Assembly (NCBI GenBank): GCA_951804945.1
Contig: OX638153.1
Location: 59,272,001 to 59,336,000 of the forward strand
Direction: 5' to 3'
Origin: Podarcis cretensis
Lineage: Eukaryota
Length of the DNA: 64,000 bases
Shown here: positions 32,201-45,540 of the stretch, piece after piece
How the letters are laid out: each line of letters begins with the position of its first letter
How positions within the stretch are numbered: position 1 is the stretch's first letter
Position numbers and translations under genes: made by a program
The notes under the pieces: generated by a model
Databases searched by the model: none
What the model was told of the DNA's origin: nothing
The model's input: the letters and a program-made list of their open reading frames with translations, nothing else

Positions 32201-33319
32201 CCTGACTGCACGTACAGCCACTAACTAAATTCCAGGTGAATAAACAATGAGTTTCACTTCTCCAAACACAGTACTGCTGTTAGGGACTATGGTTATTGAC
32301 CATATTATGAAGGAGCAGGAGCTGTCAGAATGGTAAATGTGAGGCCTAAGAAGAGTGCCATGTTCTAATGGAAATCAATAGGGCAATTAGCACCTTCATT
32401 AGGGATGAAAACGTCAGAGAGGATAACTTGCTTTCAAAATTTCTGTGTTACTTCTCAACATGGATTTTCAGAAATTCACAGGCCTGCTCAACTATGTGTG
32501 GTGTGAAACGTGAAGTATAGGCTGTGGATGTGGCTGCCACCAGGTCTTTCAGGGATGTTTGCATGAAGTGTACCTAAAGTCTGCCCTCTTCCTCACCAGG
32601 ATCTCATTTTTCATTAAGGATAACATTTAAACCATTGGCTTCTCATGACCTGCCACAGTGCCAAGAAGTTTTCTCACTACATTCTCAACAAAGCCCAATG
32701 TACCTTGTCCCTCTGTTTTTTCATCTTGCCAAGAGAGGCAATGTGAGTGGACATGTCCTACCAGGGCCAATGAGACGGGTGACTCGTTGCAAACTGTCTG
32801 GATCACAAGATTTATAAAACTAGCACACAGAGCAGTTCCTGGTTTCAATCATTTCTTGTTTTCTCCCCAGGGCACAAGTGAGAGCTACTTACAGAAATCA
32901 GTGGAGAAATCCAGAATTTCAGTGCAGCTGTGACAGAAGACCAACGTGCCACCTCCTAAACAAAAGAGGCACTGCTAATGCACTGCTCTTTATTGTCGTG
33001 TTTGTAGGGAGCCATCCTTGCACTTGGGGCCAGGGTAACAGAGGTGACACCTACAGTGGTACATGAACTATCCTGAAGTGGGTCTGCCCTATCCAAATCC
33101 CATCTGCCATGTATCCTTCCTTGTGTATCCAAATCTGGAACAAAAAGTGTCATTGGCGAGTGATTGAGAGAGAGGAAGTAGTGAGCCCATTTGATGCACC
33201 TGAAAAAAACCCTAATTTTCCTTTCCATCTACTGCTCCCCTTGCAGTATTTCTCAACATAAGCTGTTACCAGCATAACACTTCCACCACTGCTACCACTT
33301 TGCTCCCCGTATGTTAACT

Positions 33320-33538
33320 TATTATATATTTATATCTTGCATTTACACCTCCAAGGAACTCAAGGTGGTGTACATGGTTTCTTCCTCCCCAATTTACCCT
33401 CACAACAGTCCTGCGGGGTGGGCTGCCTAAGATACTGTGAATAGTCCAAGGTTACCCAAAGAGTTTCATGGGGACTGGGGGTTTGAACCCTGGCCTCCCA
33501 GGTCCTATTCCAACACTCGAACTACTGTGCCACACGGG
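33320..33538 (-). mobile_element. Old CORE-type SINE (Squam3A/MIR-like)
   Basis: ccctcacaacagtcctg...ccaaggttaccca core and tttgaaccctggcctccca B-box region; reverse homolog of 61375-61605. Confidence 0.7.
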
Positions 33539-33544
33539 CACATA

Positions 33545-33727
33545 TGAAACAGCCTTATCCTGAGTCAGACCATTGGTCTGCCTAGCTCAGCATTTCATAC
33601 TTTTGGCCAGCAGCGCTCTTCAGGATCTCAGAAAGAGGTCGTTCCCAGCCTGCTTCCTGAAACCCTTTAGCTGATACTGTGTTCAGGACCTTCTGTATGC
33701 AAAGCATGCGCTTGAGCCATGGCCCCT
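33545..33727 (-). mobile_element. tRNA(Ala)-headed SINE (Squam2-like)
   Basis: gccttatcctgagtcagaccattggtc...ctagctcagca tail and ggaccttctgtatgcaaagcatg...gccatggcccc head. Confidence 0.65.
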
Positions 33728-33984
33728 CAAAAATTCAGCGCTGTCTTTCCTGACTCCTCACTGCCAATAATCACAGCCATCCATTACTGGGCAGCTGCTG
33801 CCACTGCCAATTATGTGCTGAGTAAATCAATGGGCTGTAATTGCACTATTAAGATCTCATTACGTCCCTGACTCTGCAGCCCCAGCAGCTTGCACTGCGC
33901 TGTGACAATTTGGCTCCCACTGCCAAGCGGCCACAGCTGCTGACTCAATTGTTTTTTTGACCTGGGCTTTTTTTTTTTTTACCC

Positions 33985-34180
33985 ACTTCTGGCCACCACA
34001 TTATAAAGATACAAACAAACTGGAAAGGATTTGTACTAAAGAAACAAGGACAAATAAAGGGCTTACAGAATGCACAACCTATAAAGGGGAAATAGGACCG
34101 GCCACATTTAGCTTACGGAAGAGATGGGGACAAGAGGCACTGTCAAATATCTTAAAAGGTGTCTTATTAAAAGAAATATA
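33985..34180 (+). mobile_element. Ancient CR1 LINE ORF2 fragment
   Basis: FWPPHYKDTNKLERI...KGL...FSLRKR resembles CR1 FWxPHYKKDxxKLERVQRRATKMIKGL...FSLEKRR. Confidence 0.7.
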
Positions 34181-37100
34181 GTTTACCAGGGAGTGGTTTC
34201 ATCTTGCTGACATGATGCAAGGTTAGCATGAACGACAAGGGAAATATGACTCCGGAGACAGATTCATAGAACTGTTGCCTTCTCTTCTGCACCACCATCA
34301 CAGTAAATTGTATTCTTCTAATCATGAAGATCTACTTGGAATAAGGTTTTTTGAAGGACACGCTCCTGTTGGGATCCCAGACAATGAGGCTCCAAAGCCC
34401 AGCGCTTGGTGGTCACTTGGCACAACCAAGTCCTAGGTGGACCACCATCACCAAGGGCCTGAAAAAGGCTTCCACTCTGGGAAGTGCTCACTATGGGAAA
34501 AAGGGGGCGGGTGATTCCCAGAGTTGCTGTGCTTTCTGCCTCTGATTGGTGTTGTTGCTAATTAACTAATTACCCCCTTATCTAAATATCTTGGGAACAG
34601 CCATTTAATTATGGTTCTGAGTCATCATGGATATCAAGATCTCTCTCATTCTCTTTGTTTGGGAGTAAATGACTTTCTACATATCTCAATCCATCCATGT
34701 GTTTCTGTCTATCCATTTCTGGTGCAGGAGAGGTGAACACAGCACCTCCCATTGGAGATAAGCAGATCGCTTGTTGTAGTGAAGCCTGTTTGGAAATACA
34801 GGGTGCTTCCAGACAGGAGTTTATTGTGAAATGGGTACTGTCATGCATACAAGTCTTTTTTGTGTGATGTCCACATAAAGCTGTAATCATTAAAATACCA
34901 ACTCATACATTATTTTTTTACACTTAATCTAGATTTCCCCTTATCACATAAAATCCTACAAGTAAAAAAATAACCTGTTCTATATCTTCCATCATTGTTG
35001 CTGGCGGTTGCTGGGAATCGCAAGTGGGGAAAGTCCTGTTTTGAGCTTCCCTTTGGCATCTGGCTGGTCACTGTAAGAAAAGGCTCCTGGATTGGATAGA
35101 CTATTGGTCTGATCCAGCAGGCTATTCACTGGTGTGTAAGCTCATTCATGTGTTTGTTGTTGTTTAGGTGGACAGTTTGTCACATTAATGGTGCTGTTTT
35201 CGTAAGCAGACTTTAGCACTACACCCCCTTACTTCCATCTGCTCTTCACCTGAACAGAATAGTCATTTTGTTTCTGGTGGCCCAAATGATATTTCCATCA
35301 GTTGCTGCATGCTGAAAGCATTCTTGAATGTTAACAACCCAGTTAGAGGAGGCATTCTCTCATGATCCCCACACACTACATGTGGGGAATTGGCACCTTG
35401 GAGGCTAGAATGGCAGTACATACATTCGGCTTTCAATAATAATATTGATGACAATGATAAGTCTTTTGCAACAATCCCCCTTTGTCAGTCTTGTGCAAGC
35501 TTTAGTCAGGTCATTTTCACTCTTGCATAAGACCGCAGTATTAAAAATTAATAAACAAACACAGGAAAATTGATATTGCCCTCCCTCACTTCATTTTGCC
35601 CATTGTGAAATGTGGTAACTAAACTTTTTGCTGTTGGGCTCTTGCACACTTCCTGCAGATTTTTTTTTCTAAGGGACAATGCACAGATTCAGAAATACCT
35701 ATGTGAATGCCCAAAACAGAAATCTGTAGAGGGTGTGGTGGAGTAATGGAGGAGAGGGACATAAAAGCACAAGAGCCCAGATACCGTATATCCCATGAAG
35801 CACCACCCACTGGTATAGACAGCAACAGCAGAATTTCAATTGCTATCCATGACTTTGGGACAAAAAGAGGAATGTGTGGAAGCTACAGTGCCTAACATGC
35901 ACAAATGGAATCTGAACCACCTCCTTTTGATAGAAGGCTCCCATCTGGAAGCACCCCTAGATTCAGTGCTATGGATCATGCCTTAGGCCTGGAAGGCTTT
36001 GCACCTAACAGAATCCTCATTTGCCTGACCTTCGCCATCAAAGGGGAAGTGATAACCTGCACTGCTCCAGAAAGGACTCCAGGAGGCACTGTGTCTCAAG
36101 AAGACCAAATAACTTTGCACTCTGTGGTTATGCATAATAAGTTTCATCATTGTCTCTTCTTCCAGCCGGATAGGATAGCTGGCACTAGGCATATCCCTGT
36201 CAGCATGGAGCTCCTTGTTTTTATAGACACTCATCCAAGGTGAAAATGAGAAAGCTATGGTCTCTTTCTTCCGTGCTGGTGCTAGTTCCCACAGGGGGCT
36301 TTTCAGGGATGGTGTTGTGCTCAGAGTTCATTTTACTCCCACTGCGATGGCTTTACTTCACTAATAAGTGTGAAGTGGGCATTCTCACCTGTGCAGATCT
36401 GAGAAAGGTGAAGATAAAGCTAAGCCAAGCTGAGAATTGAGTCCTGTTTGTACTGGGATTCTGCAGTCAGCCCACTAAGAGGCAGAGGGGCACAGGCCTG
36501 CAACACTCACTTTATAATCTATTCAGTGTGTTATACAGGTTTGGCTGAATCCTATGGTTTGCGAAAGTACACCCCCCCCCATATCTTCAAGGAAAAAACC
36601 CTGTGGCGGTGGGGAATCCTTCCCCTACAAAAGCCCAATAAGTACGAGAGTGCTCAGTAACCGCAGAATGCTGACTTACTATTAAGCAGGTGAAATGGAG
36701 GGTGGGAAACTGGGTGGGAGGGGGAATGGATTGGGTTATTGTGGCACTGGCTGGCTGGCTGGAAGAGTGAACAGGAGGAGCAGGATACAGGTCCCACTCA
36801 TGCAATTCTGTGACTACACTTGCAACATCAGATCACACAGCAACAGAAGACCACAATATCTTTCACTGCAAGCCTATGTCATTCTTATCTTACAATATGT
36901 TATTACGGACTGAGCACAAAGCTCAGGGTTTTTCAGGGCATTAATAAAAATTACCAAAATGCATATTTTGTACAAATGAGTTCAGAAGCTGCGAATTCTG
37001 TCCATAAATTGCTAATTTAGTTACATAAATTAAACATGAGAAATTTTGATCATGTTTAAATTCTCATGTATACGATGGCCCCGCGTTTTAAAATGCCTCC

Positions 37101-37312
37101 TTTTCAAACTATTGAATTGTTAAGGCTGTAGACGACAAGTGCATTTTCAAGTACACCCAAGTAGGAAATAAGTGGGGCCTGTGGGATGGCTGGGTCAGTG
37201 GAATCAGGTTTCTCAACATCATGAAAGCAGAATTTAAATTTGGCTAGGAAGATGGGGAGGGGGAGTTAATGGGTGTTATAATTAGGAATTTGTGGCTTTC
37301 GGACATTGCCAG

Positions 37313-37314
<2 letters not shown>

Positions 37315-37344
<30 letters not shown>
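37315..37344. repeat. (GT)n microsatellite
   Basis: Direct reading. Confidence 0.95.
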
Positions 37345-37346
<2 letters not shown>

Positions 37347-38126
37347 CAGATGGAGGGCGTTGCAGGGTGGGGTTGAATTGAGTGCAGGATGCAACACAAT
37401 ACAGTTTCTTATCAGCAACAACAAAGATTCGTGGGTAGCTCTATTTGTAGCCTGAATCAGCTGTATGGTGTGCAGCAACCTGACAATGTAACCTGAGAAC
37501 AAGAAGACCTGCATCAGATAACTTTGTCCTCCTTCACCTTGCGGGGAAAGTTCCTTTTATGAACCCTCACATCATACAATGGTTGGGACAGTGACACTTT
37601 AAAGAGAGAGAACTGAAATGCACTATAAATGTGAAAGAGAGGCCTTGCTATTAAAATGGTAACCTTCATTGCTTTACTCATATCCCACCTCTGATTAAAA
37701 CACTCCAGACAAATGTTTTACATGTGATGAGTTTCTGATTAGCACACAATCTATGCATATCATACAGTTTAAGGAACGACTCCATTCACCTTCTGCATTC
37801 CCACCAATGGAAGTCAGCTCAATTTTTTTTTAAAGGAAGTCTTCATTTGCACAAAAACCAGAGGTTGCACTGAGAATCTCTAGGACCCAACCCAATGGAA
37901 GAGACACCTTCTCAGAATGAATAACCTGAGAAATGAAAGCCTGGTGGGTTTATTTTTATCAGTTTTGACTGAAGCTGGTTTTCTGTTGACATTTATACTC
38001 CTTCCTCATTATCGGCTCCCTGCCTTCCCACAGCCAAGATGAAAGTGAGGAATGAGATTTCTGAATGGTGGGGCCCTGGGTGCAAAAACCTGCACGGAGA
38101 AAATGTGTGCCAAATCAACCACACTT

Positions 38127-38127
<1 letters not shown>

Positions 38128-38154
<27 letters not shown>
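38128..38154. repeat. (AC)n microsatellite
   Basis: Direct reading. Confidence 0.95.
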
Positions 38155-38158
<4 letters not shown>

Positions 38159-41057
38159 TAAGTGTCTAGGTAATTGCTTGGGTGCAGAGAGGGGTTGCAG
38201 GGGACAGTGCTTAGAACTTCTGAAATCAGTGTTAAGAGGTCAGGTATCAAAAGAAACAAAAGCGTGTCCTGCTGCAGAAAGTGTCTCCTACAATGCCTTT
38301 ATTCTCCATGTGTTTCTCATCTTCAGAGTCCAGAGGGACTGTTTCGGAGTGAGTGTCAGAGGACAGGAGCAATTAGATAGTTGGATACAAGAGTTCCTTC
38401 CTTCACTATAAACATCTCCCAAAGTTCCTTCCTTCTCTATTATCATCCCAGGTACATAAAGAAATGGGGACAATCAAAGATGAAGAGGACACAAGCACAT
38501 CAGGACCAACTCTCTACTTTCACAACTAGGCTGTCAGCCAGTTCCTGTACTAACAAAAGGGCAAATTATACATTACATGCAAATCCACGTAACAACTGCT
38601 TTATTAAATGCACAGCAGCAATTTTGAGCAAAGGCATCAGGGTGCTTATGTTCTTCTCTGCTTGGCAGCTTTCATGATCTGGAAACTCTACAGGGGGGAA
38701 AGGAAGCTAAGGGAAGGAAATTTTTAGTGGAAAAATTAAGCACTCCTTCCCAACTGCTGCTCAAAAACTGCAGCTTCCCAAATGCAGTCACGTGGAACAT
38801 GAATGGCTTCCTAGAAAGAGAGGAGGCCAGCCATGTCTTTCTCCAAATAATTGTAGCGCATGTTACCAGCATCCCAAGGAACTGGCACTAGGCATTTGAA
38901 TAAGAGCTGGCATCGCATCTCCTGCCAAGCAGACAGCAGTTGGCAGGCACAGCATCATTTCTTTGAGACTAGTATCATAGCCTCCAGTCATAGGGTAGGT
39001 GGCAGCAGTTCAGACCTTGGTATTAGCATGTCCAGTCAGTGCCCGGGTGTCTGCCACCCAGACAGCCAGACAGCGACCAGCCTTTAGTTAACCAAACAAT
39101 GATCAAAACACTTCCATGTAAGCCCTTACTCTGCTTTCCCCACTACGGCTTGCTATGAGACACACATCACTTTGGACATTTCCTGAGCTACAATAACCAC
39201 ACAAAAAATGCCTTGCTCATGTCACAAAAACTGCTCCTGATCCCTTCTTATTCCTTTGCAATAATCATTCTACAAGTAGCTCCAGTGAAGAGCAGCAGGA
39301 AAAGACCAGGAAAGCTAGATGAGCCCATTTCATAGTCATATTTAGTGGTTGCTTCAACAGGGGCTGCCCAGTTCCCCATGTGTGCAAGACACCACAGGAA
39401 CTAATAGAGGACATCTCTATTCTGTACTCTGTATTCTGTTCCATGCCTGTTGGGATATCAAACATCCCAACAGGCATGGAAGTAAAGAAGAACTCTGCAT
39501 TCAACATGGGAGCAATGGAAAAAGCAGGCAGGCAGCTAACAAATATATGGCAAGCAATGCAAACCCATGACACAGAAGAAAGGTCATCTGCAGCACAGAT
39601 ATGATCTAAATATCTGAAGGACTTTGATGAATCCAACACTCGGGGGGTGGGGGGCTAGGATTGCTTCAAACATGAAATGATTTCAGCACCAACAGCACTT
39701 CCATCTAGGAAAAAGAATGCAACCCTTGTAAAGACATGTGACGACTGCATATATGTGGCAATAAGAGACCACAAATCAGTGAGTATCAGTGGCAGGGAGG
39801 GAAGAGCAATGTAGACTGTTGCCCTCACATGTTGTTTGTGGCTTCCTAGAGGCATCTAGTTGGTTGCTGTGGAAATTTATTTATTTATATTTTTCCTCAC
39901 CAAAGCAACTTGCATATAATTGCCATAAGAAATCAACAAGAATGTCAAGGCAGTAGCAGTGGAGCAGAATGCTGGATTAAATAGATCAGTGGTATGTTCT
40001 TAGGGTACATGCAACGTGTGCTTTCAATGTAGACAAACATTTTTGTTTGAAACGGGCCTCAGTTCAGGGATAGGCCATTCTGTGGGCATTCAGTAACTGT
40101 GGAATTCCCAACTCCCATCAGCCCCAGCCATCATGACTAGGGTTCAGGGTTTATGGTGCAACTATATCTGGAGGACTATAGGTTCATGATTCCAGCACCC
40201 TACAGCCAATGCACATAAGGTGTGAAAATGTGTGTGGGGGGGGTGCAATGTGAAAACAAAAAGACTAAGGACACACACACACCTCTACTTCAACCAAACT
40301 GGTGCAAGTTATCATTTTATCAAAGGAACTCTGGAAATTGTAGTTTTAGTTGAGTTCTCTTTATAGATCACTCACTCCTTCACAGAACAAGCTGATGTTG
40401 TAACTGGAGAGATGCCCTGATTCATAGGCAAAATTTCTCATTTCTTTTAACTCCTTTAAATATTGATGTGCATGTATTGTACACTTTTGCCACTTTAATT
40501 CTCTCTCATTAAAAGTTCATTTCTTAGTGTCCACTTTGGGTGAGAAGAAGGGAAGTTCCACGTCACGACCTAGGAATACTTGGTGTTCTCGCATCACCAT
40601 AAGATGCTGCTATAAGGCGCCCAGTGTGAATGCACACCAGCCCCACAGACATGCAAGACCCAGCTGGTAGGAAGTGGAATACATGCATAGAAATGAGGAA
40701 GGGATTCTGCTTTGGGCACCCGCCAGGCATTCATTATGTTCCTGGGTATGAAATCAACAATGTCTAATTAGCAAACACATTTCCTGCCTGGCGCTCAGAG
40801 AGCTGTATGCTAATTAAATATTGCAAAGGATCTCAAGGCATTTCTGACACTGCGTTAGATACGGCAGGCTCAGCAAACTAGCCCCTTGTCCACTGACACT
40901 GCGGCAAGGAAAGCGTGTCTTTTTGGCTGGGTGAGCAATCTTCATACATCTCTCTTTTCAGACAGGAAGCAGGGCCCCATCTGCCTTCTTGCAGCCATTT
41001 ATTAGGGTTGGAGATTCATCAAGGGGCAGAAAGTGATCAGCTCGAAATGCTACCACA

Positions 41058-41058
<1 letters not shown>

Positions 41059-41088
<30 letters not shown>
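41059..41088. repeat. (CA)n microsatellite
   Basis: Direct reading. Confidence 0.95.
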
Positions 41089-41092
<4 letters not shown>

Positions 41093-42259
41093 GTTGTAGC
41101 CCTGACACAGCCCAGTGAGCTAAGCAAACACAGTGAACTGCTTGGAGTTTGATTCCTGGCCTCAAGCACTGCATGACTATTCTCTGAGGCACAGCAAGGA
41201 AGGAGCTGTGAGTGCAGCTCAGAGAGCACAGGCGGTTGTCTTTTAGCCTAGCAAGACAGAGGTGGCACATGAAACCACTGCAGGTATACTGTTGTCTGGT
41301 ACACAAAAGCGCCTCTTGGGTTATCACTCACCTCATAGTTCAGACATGCAAACAGGCAATATACGCACATGTGGCGATGCTTTTGACCACTCTAGTTCCA
41401 AAGTTTTGTAGCAGAAAGCTGCACTGAGGGAAGCAAGGCAGAAGCATCCGTGAGGTTGGTGGGGGAGTGGGAGGTAGGAGAGGTACCCCCTCCTTATTAC
41501 CCTTCTAGCCTGGCTTTTCAGCAGGGAGCAGAGAATCAGTGCTGAGAAAGAATGCAGTGTAATTGCCTGCAAAGTGATAGGGCTGTGGAAGTGAACCTGG
41601 AAGTGGCAGCCTTTGAAAAGCTAAGCTGTTTCATCTCTCAGCACTTCTTCGCTCTCCTTGTCAGGCCCAGGCGAGATAATAAAAAGGCCACGAGGGTTTG
41701 AAATTCACACTTCAAAGTCAATATTGGAATAGTCTTGCCCTGTGCTGCCTGCCAGATTTGAGGCAGAGTGAGACTGAAGAAAAGGGGGGGGGGTGATGGC
41801 GGATGGGGACGAGGAAAGAATTAGGCTCTCTGGCCTTTGTGCTGCAATCAATCTCTTGCAGTTTTCCTTCTTTTTGCTGCCAGAGATTGCAGTTTGCTCT
41901 GGGCTCCAGCTGCCCCCTCACCCCACCACACACTGCAATTAATGGCTATCCAGGCCAATCTCCTGTATAAGATTTTTAATAGGAAATGCACCATTAAATT
42001 CAACAGCATTGCATGTAGTCAAAGCCTGCAGTCACCTTTGCTCCAGCAAAGCAGAAGCGAGCAATGGAATAGCCCCAGGGAGCAATTGTCACAGTCGTTA
42101 ACTATAACTACTTTTATACATTTATCAGTGGTGCCCTGAGTATTGTACGGAACGGTGTGTACGACATGGTCTTTCTCCGTAAGGGTCATATAATATCTGC
42201 AATAGACCAAAAGGGCAGGAATGGAAGAAGGGCAAGACTATCCATGAGGATGGTGTAAG

Positions 42260-42499
42260 GAGTTTGGATTTGATATCCCGCTTTATCACTACCCGAAGGA
42301 GTCTCAAAGCGGCTAACATTCTCCTTTCCCTTCCTCCCCCACAACAAACACTCTGTGAGGTGAGTGGGGCTGAGAGACTTCAGAGACGTGTGACTGGCCC
42401 AAGGTCATCCAGCAGCTGCATGTGGAGGAGCGGAGACACGAACCCAGTTCACCAGATTACGAGTCTACCGCTCTTAACCACTGCACCACACTGGCTCTC
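42260..42499 (-). mobile_element. Squam3-like SINE (tRNA head, CORE, L2-type tail)
   Basis: Minus-strand head GAGAGCCAGTGTGGTGCAGTGGTTAAGAGC...GGGTTCG; near-identical second copy at 58800-59049. Confidence 0.85.
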
Positions 42500-43118
42500 T
42501 AAGGGTGGCTCAGATGGCAGGGAAAGAGCAAACACAGCTCCCCTTCCCAGGTTGTACAGGCAACAGGGACTAAAATCCTCAAACTTCTGACCATGCAGAT
42601 ACATTCACAAAAGCACAACAATATTAGTACTGTACTTAGCGATAAAGACAAACACATTCAAACCAATTCAGAATAGGCACCTCCATTTACACTTGTGTCT
42701 TGCTTATTTGAAGTAGCAAGTTGGCTCCAGTCACATCAAAGTTAACCATGAAAACACCAACATCAGTTAGGCCATGGCTTCAGTGGCATCAGGGATGGGG
42801 GAATCTGACACCAGATCTCACTTCAGAGCACTGTCAGAGAGGGTATCCAGTCTATGGCTCCTGGGATGACCCCCCAGGGTCATAGGGTTGTGCCACTGAG
42901 TTCCATTGTGTGACACTGGCTCATGTCTTTTTTACTACTGTACACCGCCTTGAGATGATTGCATAGAAGGCAATTAACAAAGCAATAATAAATTATGTAT
43001 TTTTTCCTTTCATACCTTTGTCCAGATAATATATATAAGCAAGGTTATTTTCCTCCACAAAGCTGGAGTATACCATCCTACCTCCAATTACCATCGTGTA
43101 ACTCTAAATAGCATAACT

Positions 43119-43366
43119 CATGGGTAGGCAAACTAAGGCCCGGGGGCTGGATCCGGCCCAATTGCCTTCTAAATCTGGCCCACAGATAGTCTGGGAATCA
43201 GCGTGTTTTTACATGAATAGAATGCGTGCTTTTATTTAAAATGCATCTTTGGGTTATTTGTGGGGCATAGGAATTCGTTCTTCCCCTCCCCCAAAAAATA
43301 TAGTCTGCCCCCCCCCAAAGGTCTGAGGGACAGTGGACCGGCCCCCTGCTGAAAAAGTTTGCTGAC
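43119..43366 (+). mobile_element. hAT-Charlie MITE (OposCharlie1/OC1-like ends)
   Basis: Left end catgggtaggcaaact; right end ggtctgagggacagtggaccggccccctgctgaaaaagtttgctgac; flanking cataact duplication; partial inverted copy at 54190-54320. Confidence 0.75.
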
Positions 43367-44030
43367 CATAACTGATCGTGGAAAAATGATCAAAATATTC
43401 TGGTAGGCATTTCACGAAGCTGCTACAATACCCTGCAGTGAAAACATGGCACACAATACCTTTCCCCCAATGCTCACATCCCATTTCAGACATGCATATG
43501 TATTGTCACTTCGAAAATAATATTCTAATGAGGCCTGTCTTCAGGGCCAACCTCAATTCTCCCGCTGCCTCCAGAACACACATGTCTCCTTTGCTTATCT
43601 ACATATTGCTGAGTTTAGGGAGGCAGAACTGCTTTCAGCTACCAGTTTCTACACACTTTGGGGAACCAGGGACACTTCACGTTTAAATATTTACCATCTA
43701 CTGCATTTTTAAACAACCATAACATTTACACACATTTCAAGAACCACAAAGGCCGTTTTAGATTCTGGAATTCATGGTTATGTACGGAGCAGAGCTGTGA
43801 GATTTTGAGCACAGCCTGCTGGAAACATGGTCAGCGCATGAGTGTGCACTGAGGACAGGTCCAACTCCTTTCCCTCTATCCAAAATGTATCAGAAATGAA
43901 ACAAATGGCCCAATGCCATCCTGGTACTCACCAGGAAGTTAATAACTCAGCAATTCAGGGGCCTCACATTGGTGGTAGGAACCTGGAAACTACAGGCTCT
44001 ACCTCTGGTGGCTGATAAGAATCCATAGGC

Positions 44031-44168
44031 CAGGTGTGGGGGACCTTTGGTCCTCCAACTGTGGCTAAACCACAACTCCGATCAGCCCAAGCAAGCATGG
44101 CCGATGGCCAGGGATGATGAGAGTTGCAGTTCAGCAACAGCTGGAGGGCCAAAGATTCTGCACACGAG
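44031..44168. mobile_element. Palindromic hAT-like MITE
   Basis: ctttggtcctccaactgt...acagctggagggccaaag inverted arms; degenerate relatives at about 612-720, 15180-15290, 40100-40200 and 52210-52350. Confidence 0.65.
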
Positions 44169-44525
44169 CTGCAGGCTTTTGGACTGCCCTTGGGAAGTTT
44201 TCAGAATTAAGACTCAGAAAGGGAACAAGGAATGACAGGCTTTCGGCTAGCGTGAGTCCACAATGGGCTTGATATTGATGCACTGGAGGCAGAGCCAGTG
44301 AAGGTATCTTTGCACTTGCAGTCTGGGACTTATTTTCATCTGTGTGGTGCTCCCTACCACTTGGGGGTGGGGGGAAAGGATTTAATTACATTGTAATAGT
44401 CACTGTAATTGTAAGGTCATTGTAATAATTCATCCAGGGCTGCTTTCTGAGTTGTGCAGTCTCCAGAGTCATATTACAGGAACTAGTAGAGTTTACCTCT
44501 TCCAGAAGCACATACATTGGTGTAG

Positions 44526-44640
44526 AGAAGGTAGCTCAGTCAATGGAGCATGAAATTCTTAATCTCAGGGTTGTGGGTTCAAGCCCCATGTTGGACTAGA
44601 TGACCTTTGTGGTCCCTTCCAACTTTACAATTCTATGATT
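44526..44640 (+). mobile_element. tRNA-Lys(CTT)-headed SINE with CR1 3' tail (internally deleted)
   Basis: tagctcagtc..gagcatgaaattcttaatctcagggttgtgggttcaagcccca follows tRNA-Lys-CTT; tail ttggactagatgacc...ttctatgatt. Confidence 0.8.
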
Positions 44641-44834
44641 ATATATGTACAAAAGCAGCACATTAACAGATTCCCTGAGGAATTGCTCCTTCAGACTAGG
44701 GAAAAGGCATTTCCACTAGTTGCTGGCTTTCCCTTGGATTCTGAGCCAAATGTGGGCCAACCCAAACACGGATGGTTGGAATGCCTGCTGGATCTTCAAG
44801 GCCAGTGGTTGGCCAATACAACCCTTGTATGGGT

Positions 44835-44836
<2 letters not shown>

Positions 44837-44876
<40 letters not shown>

Positions 44877-44881
44877 CGTGT
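44837..44881. repeat. (GT)n microsatellite
   Basis: Direct reading. Confidence 0.95.
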
Positions 44882-45084
44882 AGGGCATGGACTGCCCAGA
44901 CTTCAAACCAGACGCCTAGCATCATCCATGAGAGAGAAACAGTAAGTAGATCTACATATTCCAAGCTTTGTGAATTCCTGAACTGACATGCAAAGACCTA
45001 CTATTTCCATTTTTTTACCAGGAGTTGAGGGTTTTATCCACACAACACCCCCTTTTATCCACATAACAGCCTGTGTGTTAGGTT

Positions 45085-45192
45085 GTTGTTGTTGTTTAGT
45101 TGTTTAGTTGTGTCCGACTCTTTGTGACACCATGGACCAGAGCACGCCAGGCACTCCTGTCTTCCACTGCCTCCCGCAGTGTGCCTCCCACA
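45085..45192 (-). mobile_element. Bov-B/RTE LINE 3' end
   Basis: gtgtccgactctttgtgacaccatggac...cacgccaggc Bov-B 3' motif; (CAA)n tail; TSD gtgtgttaggtt at 45073-45084 and 45193-45204. Confidence 0.85.
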
Positions 45193-45314
45193 GTGTGTTA
45201 GGTTAGAGGTAACAAACGTCCAAAGTCGTCACTTTAAACTGGGCCTAATATACAAAGAAGAGACAGACCACAAACCAAACACAGCCTTCTGCTAGGATAT
45301 GGCTTTTACTAATA

Positions 45315-45540
45315 CAGTGGTACCTCAGGTTACATATGCTTCAGGTTACAGACTCCGCTAACCCAGAAATAGTACCTCAAGTTAAGAACTTTGCTTCAGG
45401 ATGAGAACAGAAATCGTGCTCCGGCGGCATGGCGGTAGCGGGAGACCCCATTAACTAAAGTGGTGCTTCAGGTTAAGAACAGTTTCAGGTTAAGCATGGA
45501 CCTCCAGAACGAATTAAGTACTTAACCCGAGGTACCACTG
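45315..45540. mobile_element. Tc1/mariner (Tigger-like) MITE, complete
   Basis: TIRs CAGTGGTACCTC(A/G)GGTTA; TA on both flanks. Confidence 0.9.
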
